The position numbers and the translations under genes are program-made. A model generated the notes under the pieces. That model was given only the letters and a program-made list of their open reading frames with translations. It searched no databases and was not told the DNA's origin. Shown piece after piece: positions 53,022 to 64,000 of a DNA stretch of 64,000 nucleotides (position 1 is the first letter of the stretch; every line of letters starts with the position of its first letter). Origin of the DNA: Octopus bimaculoides (taxonomy: Eukaryota); the NCBI RefSeq assembly GCF_001194135.2, contig NC_068994.1, positions 17,978,558 through 18,042,557 on the forward strand. The letters run 5' to 3'.

Positions 53022-53545
53022 GCTGAGTAAAAAGTAAGCAATGTTTTGAAACATGAAATTTATCACAATATATTTCAACAATGTGGAAATTTTATTCATC
53101 AAAGTAAGTACCATTATGGAGGTGCAATAGCCCAGTGGTTATGGTAGCGGACACACAGTCGGAGGATCACAGTTTCGATTCCCAGACCGGGTGTTGTGTG
53201 TGTTTATCGAGCAAAAACACCTAAAGCTCCACAAGGCTCTGTTGTACTCTTTTGCCCCAACTTTCTCTCACTGTTTCTTGAGTAATGCTACGATGGACTG
53301 ACGTCCCGTCCAGCTGAGGGAACACATACACCATAGAAACTGGGAAACCAGGCCCATGATCCTGGCTAGGCTTTAAAAGGGCATATAAAAAATAAAATAA
53401 AATAAGTACCATTACAATCAGCACATTTTTGCTGAGTTACAAGCTTGTTTATTCTGGTAACATAAAAATCTGGAGTTCTGGAGCTGATAACTCTTTGAAT
53501 GCATTTTCAAAATTGGTTTCATTTTTGAACTCCTTCTCTCTTCTA
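53018..53545 (-). mobile_element. Mariner (Hsmar1-like) 3' end with TIR, inserted at a (TA)n tract and interrupted by a SINE
   Basis: TIR TTAGGCTGAGTAAAAAGTAAGCAATGTTTT; minus frames give ENAFKE..SSRTPDFYVTRINKLVTQQKCADCNGTY, matching the mariner C-terminus (..DFY..GINKL..WQKCVDCNGSYF). Confidence 0.85.
53117..53402 (+). mobile_element. SINE family S3 (head A + tail Y) with 12-bp TSD
   Basis: TSD TAAGTACCATTA at 53105-53116 and 53403-53414; (TAAAA)n tail. Confidence 0.92.
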
Positions 53546-54039
53546 TCTTCACCTTCATTTTCCATAGCCAGGCTATTTCATACTTAAGAGGGCTGTATTT
53601 ATCTATCTATCTTTTCACCTACCTTCTTGACTATTCATGGATCAAAGGGGCATACAACATCAACTATATAGCATATGTAGTGCACCTTGTCCACCACCAC
53701 TAGGTCCGATCTGTTATGCTCTAGTACCTGATCTGTTTGGATTGGGAAATCCCAGAGGATTTTGCTAGTCTCCAACTCCGCCACTCTCTGTGATTTGTGC
53801 TCATACCACATCTTGCCTCTCTCTAGCCACCACTTTTCGCAGTTTCCACTGGAGCACTTTCACTTACATGGTCATGTTGCTATACCTTGTAGTGGTTTTG
53901 GGCATGTCTAGGGCATTCGTCTGTGATATGGACAATGGTTTATTCACCCTATTGCAGATGCAACACAGCAGAATTCCTTTCATCAGCCAATCCCACCTAT
54001 TTTTTCCAGCAACTTCTGTTGTAGCTACATGGAATTGAT

Positions 54040-54602
54040 TATTATTATCATTGAGTGACAGAGCAGTGCATGCCATCAAAGTGTCACTGGGGTACAGATA
54101 TATGAAGTCCGATATACCCATCATGACTACCCATCTGATAAGGGTACACCAAGCACATGCATCACAACCATACATGCATGAAATGGTGATCTCATATCAA
54201 GAAAAATAGTGCACAACCTTGCAGGTGGAGCCCAGTTAGAATTTTCTTCAGGCTGAGTAGCCCATCCCACTTGAAAGTTCTCTGAATAAGGTTTTTTTAA
54301 GGATGATGAACAAAACACCCATGTTTCCAGAGGTGAATTATTCACACTCCAAAGAATTCTGCTCAACATATGGTTATGATGCTCCCTGCTGCTTCTGCTA
54401 GTGATCAGAGATTCACACATCGTCAGCCACTAAGGCACATGCTCAACTGGTTACGGTCAAACAACTGACAAGCAAATCTGTGGTACTAAGCAGAATACTT
54501 GCTGTAGCCCATCTTTTACACCAAGACAAAAATATGATAACACTTCCAATCAGTTAAGATCCAAAGCCATGAGAGCCACTGCCTAGTACTACATCAGGGC
54601 AT
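54040..54602 (-). mobile_element. Dispersed ~560-bp retro-type repeat with (AAT)n tail; second partial copy at 63853-64000 (+)
   Basis: Shared GCAAATATTCTGC..TACCACAGATTTGCTTGTCAGTTGTTTGACC..GAGCATG..CCTTAGTGG. Confidence 0.75.
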
Positions 54603-55599
54603 TATTATATTATTATTTTTGTTTTTATCTCAGGTTTTGGTGGAACCCCTGGAGTCTTGCATGCATAGCAGGCTTACTGCCTGCCATCTACAGTACCATA
54701 CTATCTGTTCTTTTCAACTATCTAATACTTTCCTGATTATTCTGGCCATGCCATTATTATTATTATGATTATTATTATTATTATTATTTATTAAGGGCTC
54801 TTGGAAAAGAAAAATTATCAAATCTTGAAACACAAATACTTCAATAAAAATCTGTTCAAGCTATATTATTGAAATATTTCTCCTAATTCTAAGCAAGTAT
54901 TACAGGCTTATTGTACAGACAAGTATTACAGTGCTTAGTCAAGGCAATAGGAACCATTCTTCTGCGAATCATAAGGTGAATACTAGATCTTCAGTGGTTG
55001 ATGTCCAACAGGTCTTCAGAACTAATTCCTTCCATCAATATTTACATGGACATAAAAAAGGAATTAGTTTACTCAAATCAGTACTATGAACTATTTTCTC
55101 TTTATAAGAATAGTCTAACTTCATAAAATGTTTCATTTTAGCTTAATTTATTTACCTCAAGTTATGCAATGCTGATGATTCCAAAGAAGGACAAAATAAC
55201 AATAAGTGGATACAACTAGAAACTCTAAGATTTTTATAATGTGTAGGAAAATAAATATTACATGTGTATATTCTGTACACCTTTATTTTTTGATTTCAAT
55301 TTCTAACTTCCAAACCCACTTCAACATAAACTTATCTAGAATGGATTGTCTCCATTATGATAGTTGACCATCAGGGGTATATTGTGTGTTAAGAAAAAAA
55401 AAGAATTTTGAAATATTTATAGCATTTGTCCACATAAGTAAAATAAAAAGAAAATAGTCTCTTTTATCTTCTTATATAAAATACACCTCTGTGTGTGTGT
55501 GTATTTGCTTTACACATGAAAACAGCTACATGAATTGCTTCCATACTTGGGATGTATGAATAATTTGACCTTGGATACATGATAGGGTCTTCAGTTTGT

Positions 55600-55800
55600 T
55601 TTTTTATTAAAAATAAATAATATTGCTTTATATAAATGATTCACTTCTTTAAAAAGGGTTCTCAAAGTCAACTTCCAGTATTGACATAGCAATGGCAAAA
55701 TTTCTGTTTTCATTTGCAAAGTCTCTCACTCTCAATTTTGATGTTTTCATTTCAAGTTTTAATTCACTATTTACAAACAACTACGATAAATTACTGAAAG
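55600..55800. repeat. Unclassified dispersed repeat, homologous to 24260-24470
   Basis: Same shared motifs as 24260-24470. Confidence 0.8.
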
Positions 55801-55912
55801 AAATATTTACTAAGTTCACAAATTTAAATATTTGGTACAAGGGTTAATTATTTATACAATTTTTTCATTTCATGTTTATTTCATTCATTGTTTGCAATGT
55901 TCTCTCCCCCCC

Positions 55913-55978
<66 letters not shown>

Positions 55979-56219
55979 TTTTTGTAAGTATGTTTGTATA
56001 CATTTATGTATGCATGTGTATTTGTGAGAGAGAGAGAGAGAGAGTCAGTCAGTTAAGGGGTGTGTTGTCATGTATACATACATACATAAGTACATATGCA
56101 TTATTCATCTTTTTTGTATGTATGAATGTATGTGTGCATGCGTGGGACATTCCACAATCACCATTTATTTCAATCACTCTTGTGAAGATATTCACATAAC
56201 TTATTTTTTCATTTAATCT

Positions 56220-57516
56220 CCATTTTAATTTTCAAAAATGTTTCCAAGAACAATGTTCTCACACTCTACAAGAGGAGTCAGGGTAGTTGTAGATGATCAG
56301 TATCCTACAGTGAAGTAAAGATAAGTACGGGTAGCCAGAGCCAATGTTGAATTCTGCAACTCTGTTAACACTATTAAGTATGTTTGCAAATATATAAACA
56401 ATGGTTTAGATGATACAACATACACTCTTATGCAGAATGGTAGTCAGCAGATAAATAAAAATGACAAAGATGCACAGTATGACAGAGGAAGATATATCAG
56501 TACCAGTGAGGCTTTTTGGCACCTCTTCAATTGTCCTATTCATGAGAGGCACCCAGCCATCATTCATCTGAGTGTCCATCCAGAGAATGGCCACAGGGTT
56601 ATCTTTACAAAACAAACAGCTTTGCAAAAAGCACTTTCACCAAAAGAGACTACCCTTACTGCCTTTTTTAAGTTGTGTCAAGAAGATGCAAGAAAATTCC
56701 TTTACCCAAGTATTACACCTGGAGAAACAATAAATGGCACAAGAGGAAATGAGGGGCTGATGTTCTTGCAAGAGTTTACAGGATCACCCTAAGCCAAGCA
56801 GAATGCTACTATTTACAGCTCCTTTTGCATAAGGTGTGTGGTCCCAAATCATTCGAAGATTCGAGGAGGGTAAATGGTCATGTGTGTGAAACTTATAGGG
56901 AAGCATGCTATCAACAAGGTTTTTTTTTTTAGAAAATGATTAGCATTGGGACTTTGCATTGACTGAAGCATCAATATCAGATTCTCCAAGGGAACTTCGT
57001 AACCTTTTTGCAATTATACTGAATATGTGTCAACTTGGCAGTCTCCTACAGCTTTTGATGAAACATCGTGAGGACATGGCTGAGGATTTAAAGTATGCAG
57101 TTCAACAGGCAAACCCAAATATCAATATTCAGTTCTCTGAAACAATTTTTAACCAAGTACTGATTGAAATTGAGGATCAAGTTTTGGCCATGGGAGGCAA
57201 AAATTTGCAAGAGTCTGCCTCTAGACTACCAAAATCAAACCATCAAATTAGTGATTTAACTTCAAGAGACATAGCAAGAGAGATAAATTATGACATCACA
57301 TTTGTGAATGAACATGAAACTAAACTTCTTCCAGAACAATTTTTCGTTTTTTATTATTATTATTATTATTTTGTGTTATGAATTCAGAATTGATTTCCTA
57401 GTTGAAGAATAAATTGAATTTAGAATAACAGATTTCTATACGACATATTTTGCTTTTCACTTCCAATATATAAGGAACAACCTAATTCCCTGGGTAATGC
57501 CACATGCCTCTGCTAG
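56220..57516 (+). mobile_element. Helitron remnant: Rep-helicase fragment plus 3' terminus
   Basis: ANVEFCNSVNTIKYVCKYINNG..GRYISTSEAFWHLFNCPIHERHPAIIHLSVH..TTLTAFFKLC..ELRNLFAIIL; ends GGGTAATGCC..CTGCTAG|T (CTAG 57513-57516). Confidence 0.92.
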
Positions 57517-57947
57517 TCAATAAATTAACTATTAACATTTCATTTAACAGCTTCCTCACAACTGACTCTTCACATTTATTAGGAACACACACACACATTA
57601 ATTTATAGTTAAATAAAAAAAACCTAATCACATATGAAGTTAATGTTCAGCTCAAATTGCCTCCAAAAGATTAAAGAAAAAAAACCTTCATCAAGCAAGG
57701 ACGACATGAATCTAATTCAGCTGAACACCAGATAGACTGCTATCTATCTGCTATCTAGGTAGGCTAAACCTGAGATACCAGCTGTAAATGTAATTAAATT
57801 ACGAGACAGAGCAAGAACTGCTTCATAGTGCCAAACTGTTGTCAACAGATAATTTGCTGGTGTCTTCTTTCAGGAATTTAACTAGAAAAGTTTGGAATTA
57901 GCAGGTAAATCTAAAGAAGAATGTGCTGCAGTAATACACACACACAC

Positions 57948-58033
<86 letters not shown>

Positions 58034-58436
58034 GGGTTGGTTATTTTTTAAGAAGTTATTGTATGTATTGAGCAGAACAACTATAAGTTCACAAGAATAA
58101 GATGAAGCATACATAATTAGGAACTCTATTTTTATTGTAATAGACTGCTGTTTTTTAGCCCCAGATCATACAGACCTGTGATCAAAAGCATTCTAGCTGT
58201 AACTACTCTATCTTTTTAGAGATATTTAGGACTGCATTATCTAATATGTCCTTCTTTTAAAATAACTGGATGTGATCTGAAAGAAATTTCACTGTTATTT
58301 TTGGCAGATTGAATGATTATGTAATAGTTTCCTTACTGGCTAGCATTTTGTTATTGGTGTTGTTATTGATAAAGTGGCAGAGAAATAAATCTTGAGATGA
58401 ATAGATGATAATCCCATATGATCAGGTACTTTTTAC

Positions 58437-58557
58437 CCAACAGAAATATGGAATAAGAGTGTTCTGCCTAGAAACAACAGAATTCCTATAGTGAATTGGA
58501 ACTCCTGCACCGAAGTCAATTTGATCAAATATATTCTTATAAATGCACAGTTCAGTC
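58437..58557 (-). CDS. Candidate upstream exon (TELCIYKNIFDQIDFGAGVPIHYRNSVVSRQNTLIPYFCW; phase 2 to 0)
   Basis: Acceptor gactttag| (short tract), donor TGG|gtaaaa, 40 open codons. Confidence 0.3.
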
Positions 58558-59164
58558 CTAAAGTCATTGTCATCACCTTCATCATCATCATTGTAAGCTA
58601 GAAGCATGGAATACTATCAACCAGACTAAAAACTAAGCACACATGACAAGATCTGCCTCATGATAACATGTACAAAATTTATGAACAGAGTTCAATGTCA
58701 AACACCTACATTTTCTGTCCGACCATTCATTACAAGAAGTATATTTGAACCAATGAAGCTAGTACAATCACTTATCCATCTCTATTTTTTATTTATTTTA
58801 CTTTAGTTATCTATTTTATTTTATTTTACTTTTTACTTAATTTGGCACAATCTTAAAAAAAGTAAGTAGAAGAACAGACTTGTTAGAAAATGTTCTCGGA
58901 TATAAAAATAGACACAGGATGGTCAAAGCTAGAATGCTTTTGATCGTAGGTCTGTTTAGTACTGACCTAGAGCTAAATAGCAACAGCACAACTAGATTGT
59001 CTCTCAATAGGTAAATAGAATTATTGACTGAGGGATGCGAAACAGAAGTTGTGACAGTCAACCTATTGCCAAGGATGTTAGTACCATAAAGGAAGAAAAT
59101 AACCAAATTGCAAAGTTCATTTATCCAGGAAATTAGGTGAGTGAAGGTACATGGCCTAGAAACT

Positions 59165-59530
59165 AGGGTGTTGCACTTATGACTACAACCTGAGTGGTGC
59201 GTTCTGTTCTTGAGCAAAGCACTTCATTTTATGTTGCTCCAGTCCACTCAGCTGTAAATGAGATCCAGTAATAACTGAAAAGTGTTGCACTTATAACCAT
59301 AAGATCATGGTTTCAATTCTCAGACTGGGCTGTGTGTTGTGTTCTTGAGCAAAACACTTCATTTCACACTGCTCCAGTTAACTCAGCTGTAAATGAGTTC
59401 CAGCAATAACTGGGAAGTTAATCCTGCAAGGGAACAGTGCTCCTTTCCAGGGGAGTTTTGTAATCTCAATCACCTATATACCATGGAAACCAAGTTAAGC
59501 TCCAGACTCTTGAGTTTGAGGGCTTGTGAC
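59165..59530 (+). mobile_element. S3-type SINE (head B duplicated in tandem) with a third, diverged tail
   Basis: GTTCTTGAGCAAA.CACTTCATTT..GCTCCAGT..ACTCAGCTGTAAATGAG twice. Confidence 0.75.
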
Positions 59531-60499
59531 AGACCTAAGACTAAGTCTTGCTATTGTTCCATAGAAATCATAAACTACCAAACAACTAAACATATTACTA
59601 AAACTAGTTAATGGGAGAAGAGAAAATAGGTACTACTAAATGGATATGTACAGAAATCATCAAGAAATATGGTGGGGGGTGGGGATATCAGTGGAAAACA
59701 TATTTGAACAATTTTTTCATCTGTGGAAATAATTATTTGAAGAATTCATTGTTTTCCATTGTTTTGTTTTGTTTATTTATATATTTATTTATTTTGTGAA
59801 TATAAAAATAAGAGTTGTTATTGAAAAGGAAGTAGTTTGGCAGGAAGATTTTGGCTTCATTAAGGAAAAGCCTTACAATCTTTATTTTTGTCTGCTTATA
59901 TCTGTGTTTCTATGGAGACAAGCCATCTGGTTGTGATGTGTTCGAGGAAGATGTCAGAAGCCCAATGTGAACAGAAACCATACTGAGCAGAATATGATTT
60001 CATTGTATCTGGCAAAGATCACCACATGAACTCAGAAATAGTTAAAGGAAAGTTAAGAATAGTTAGTTGTTTTTGTAAAATGCAACAAACAGCAAGAGGC
60101 TGAGTGAAGTTATCAAAATTACTAGAACAGCTGTTATTTGAAAAATATATTAAAAAAACATTTTAACACATTTAAAGAGTTAAGAAATGTGTAAAGAAAA
60201 AAGGGGGATTCAAATTATCAGCTAATTACTGAATATTTCTCACTTCTATGAAATAAACATTAACTCTAATTGGGTCCTATGGCACTATGAGATTTAAATA
60301 GAATAATTATGAAATTAATAAAGCTTAACTAATATTTGATGAAAGTATTACTCTATGAATTCAGTGACTATGTACTTTATGGTGTCAAAGTTGCTGGATC
60401 ATTGATCTGAGTTCAAATTTTGAGAAGGTCAACAATCTTCCCTTTTCTGAGGATCAATAAAAAAAAAAGTGTTAGTAATATGTTAGATTGTAGTTATGG

Positions 60500-60740
60500 A
60501 CATGTGAAATTCACCCATGTCAGTGACATGTAAAATGTACCTGTCTTGCTGATGCATAAATCACGTCCAGTACATTCTGTGGAGTGTTTGGTGTTAGGAA
60601 GGGCATCCAACTACAGAAACCAATCCAAAACAGAGTGGAGCCTGGTGCAGCTCTCTGGCTTGCCAGCTCCAGTCAAACTGTCTTACCCATTGCAGCTTGG
60701 AAAACAGATGTTAAATGATGATGATGATGATGATGATGAT
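60500..60740 (+). mobile_element. RTE-type 3' end with (GAT)n tail
   Basis: TTAGGAAGGGCATCCA..GGAGCCTGGTGCAGC..GGAAAACAGATGTTAAA(TGA)n. Confidence 0.8.
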
Positions 60741-61517
60741 GTTAGAGAGCAGAGGTAAAATGGCCATGTAAGTATGATATTGAACTAACAACTACTGGGA
60801 TTTAGGTTCAAACAAGTTGTTGATATTTTGTTCAGCCTCTGAGCAGAATGCATTATTCTACATTACATTATGTCAGGACTACAGGTACAACTCATATTTG
60901 CCAGCTGAGTGGCCTGGAACAATGAGAAATAAAGTGTAATGCTTAAGGACACAACCCACCACTGGGAATAGAACTCATGACCTTATGATTGTGAGCCAAA
61001 TATCCTAGTCATTAAACCATGTGCCTTCTATACCAATTACAATTACAATGTAAATAGTTCCTAAATTCTGAAAGATTTTTTAAAGCCCAGTGTATATTCC
61101 TAGCTTTATGATATTAGGAGATAATTCTTTCCACAACACAGAACAGTAGTCTATTACAGGTAACATTCCCAGATGAACTGGCACTTTGTTTTATGAATCA
61201 TGCTTATCCTCATCAACATTGTAATTTAACATATATTTTTCTAAGCTGGCATAGGTTTGACAAGAGCTGGCAAGCTAGAGGACTGTGTCAAGCTCTATTG
61301 GCTGCTTCTATGGTTTCTATGGCTGAATTATGAATAACATGTTTTTCAACTTATGCTTTTATAACTCATCTCTTTATCTGAGCTACAGTTATGGGTTAAA
61401 GTTATGATTAAAGTTACGGGTTAAAGATAACAGAAGCTATCAACTACTTCTAGGTATCTCCCCTGACATTTGATAGAGTCTATTTTCTTTACATTTCTAG
61501 TATTTATTCCCTGTACA

Positions 61518-61792
61518 TCATCCCTGCACAAAGACTATTTTCCCAGTTAACCTTCCTCTGATATTGCTGCACTTCTTATGTATCCATAGCTTGCACCAGG
61601 TACATCTTATGGAGTTTTTACTTATGCCTTTTCTACATATTGAGCAGGGCCATCTACCTGAAAGGATTTGTGATTTGTTTGCTTTCCTATTTACTAAGAC
61701 TTTGGGTTTTGCTAAATTAACTTTAAGGCCCTTTGATTCTAGACCTTGCTTCCACACCTGGAATTTCTTCTCTAGTTCTGGTAGTGAATCAG

Positions 61793-61793
<1 letters not shown>
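61518..61793 (-). mobile_element. RTE LINE RT fragment with Cys/His-rich insertion
   Basis: ADSLPELEKKFQVWKQGLESKGLKVNLAKPKV..WPCSICRKG..SIRCTWCKLWIHKKC. Confidence 0.85.
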
Positions 61794-61833
<40 letters not shown>

Positions 61834-61834
<1 letters not shown>

Positions 61835-61985
61835 CTGATTCTTTCAGTTTCTATCTACCAAATTCACTCACAAAGCTTTGGTCGGCCTAAGGTTATTATA
61901 GAAGACACTTGCCCAAGGTGTCATGCAATGGGACTGAACCCAGAACCATATGGTTACAAAGCAAACTTCTTACCACACAGCCACA
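61834..61985 (-). mobile_element. S1 SINE head ending at (TA)n
   Basis: TCTTTCAGTTTC..GAAGACACTTGCCCAAGGTG..CTTACCACACAGCC. Confidence 0.9.
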
Positions 61986-62176
61986 ACCCTTTTTTTTATT
62001 GTCTGGAACTGCCAAAGCAGCATGGAGATGGAAGTGGCAGGAGAAAATAAACTAATACAAAACTTACTTTAAATTAAAAAGTAATTAGAAATTATCAGAT
62101 GTGTCCATCTATATTATTTATTAGTGTAAGATAATAAAACCAAAAGATAAAGTAGGTAGATACTTATTGTAGCTTA

Positions 62177-62438
62177 CATGGGCCTAGGAACAAGGGATGC
62201 AAGTGCACCTTCTAAAATTTTGGCAGGGATGCAAAATCAAGATTTGCACCCCTATTTACTTTTATCGGGTTTAGAAAACAGTACATAAAAAATGATCTGT
62301 AAAAAGTAGTTTGAAGTTAAGTTTCTTGTCAAAGAACAAAGAACAAAAATAGATGATAACAAAAACAATAAAACCGTGTTTGTAAAAAAAATGTTGGACC
62401 TGCGTTTGCAACCCCTAAGCAAATTTCATTCCTAAGTC
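62177..62438. mobile_element. Possible hAT-type MITE with imperfect TIRs
   Basis: CATGGGCCTAGGAA..GGGATGCA at left and TGCAACCCC..TTCCTAAGTC at right; no TSD seen. Confidence 0.35.
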
Positions 62439-62679
62439 AGAAGGAGGCCAATGATGATAATGATGAAAGTGGTCATGAGGATAACAGTGATGGAGTGGAG
62501 AGTAGTGGTTAGCAGTGATGGAGTGAGGACAATGGTGGTGGAGTTCGGGATAATGGATAATGGTGATAGAGTTAGAAAAATGATGGTGAAATAGATAACA
62601 GGGCTGTAGCAGGGATAATGATAGTGGAGGAGAGATAATGGTCACAGTGTGAAAAAAATTGGAATAGAATTGGTTTTAA

Positions 62680-62880
62680 CCCTTTAGCATTTAAACTGGT
62701 CATATCCTGCCAAAATATTCAACCTGTTTTATGCTCAAGCTGGCTATATCTGGCCTCTCACACCAACTCTACAATATCATTCTAAAAATTAACAGTTAGC
62801 TCATCAAAATCTGAAAACTTTAAGATAATACATGACTAATTCAAAACAATGTGAATGAATAAGTATTACATTTCACAGAA
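62680..62880. mobile_element. piggyBac-like MITE copy, right end missing
   Basis: TTAA|CCCTTTAGCATTTAAACTGG, body homologous to 4583-4800. Confidence 0.75.
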
Positions 62881-64000
62881 GAAAATTGTCATAATAGGGG
62901 CAAAGATCTTCATAGTAGGAGCAAATATTGAAAAAATTATTTATAATGAGGGTAACCAAATTAAATCAGTGTGATGTGTGGCATTTTAAGGAAAGAAACA
63001 CATCCTCTTCACATCACATAGACTTATCCCATTATATGAGTTTTATTGAATGTTTCCACTTGTCTCCTTGAATTCTAATGTTTAACTTTGGTGTTAGTAA
63101 TTGTCTAAGAAATGAAATTAATGTCAAAGATAATGGAATTAGTGCTGACATGAAACACTGATGTTATTGTTTTTGAGGCTTGGGGTATAAGAGCAAACCT
63201 CTGTGAGGTTGTTGTTGATAACTTTAATGAAGACGATGATAATGGAACTTTTGTACTAACTTATTCATTAATATATTTCCACCATGAATATAAAAAGAAA
63301 GGCACATAAAAATTGATTGATTTTACACTCAAATGTGAAAAGAGTTAGTCAAATATCAATTAACTATTGTTTATTTGGATTATTCAATAGAATGAAGATT
63401 GCCAAAACAATAACATATTAGAAAGCAATTCCTCAATGGATCTGATTACTGAAAAGCATTTAACAGAATCCCATATCGTTGGATATAAAAGATACTTCCT
63501 ATAAATAAGCAGCCTCATTAATTACAAAATACATTAATGATGCTTTCTCACAATCTTTCAAACAGACTCATTTTCATTATAATTTTGTTTAGCTCCAACA
63601 TCATTAACAAATCTACTGAACAAAACTATCAATGATTACACTGTGTAACAAAATTTTAATATTCTTTTTTTTTGTCTTTGGTCAGTAAGTGTTACATCCA
63701 ATTTGCTTCTATTAAGAAATCAAAGGAAAGGACTACTATTCCCTTCAAACTTTGCTTTTGTCACCTGGACATCAATGTTTTGAAACTGACCTATTTTCCA
63801 TTACATTTCAGACAAATTCAGTGTTGAGTTGCTGAAGCAGAAATATCATTATAGCAAATATTCTGCTTAATACCACAGATTTGCTTGTCAGTTGTTTGAC
63901 CTTAACCACTTGAGCATGTCCCTTAGTGGTTGACAATATGTGCATCTCCAATGATGAGCAGGAGTAGTGGGGAAGCATCATAGCCATGTGTTGAGAGGGA

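Overview
Repeat-saturated, AT-rich metazoan genomic DNA with eight N gaps. The SINE families and (TA)n/(TG)n/(GAT)n load suggest a coleoid cephalopod, probably Octopus (inference). Most of the window looks intronic. A minus-strand protein-coding gene is supported by two phase-compatible exons (44472-44668 and 35188-35359) plus weaker candidate exons; I cannot name the product. The rest is a transposon graveyard: a degraded Penelope-like element (RT + GIY-YIG), RTE and CR1 LINE fragments, Helitron, hAT, Tc1 and mariner remnants, a TTAA-flanked MITE family, a ~1 kb TA-flanked TIR element rich in promoter motifs, and many tRNA-derived SINEs (called S1, S2, S3 here). Highlights: a tRNA-headed unit carrying a minimal hammerhead-ribozyme fold at the Penelope 3' end, a second hammerhead-like motif 0.6 kb away, combinatorial head/tail shuffling among SINEs, and inverted SINE pairs bracketing the coding exons. 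Most entries in the ORF track are microsatellite, gap or antisense-TE artefacts. TE boundaries are approximate unless TSDs or TIRs are cited.
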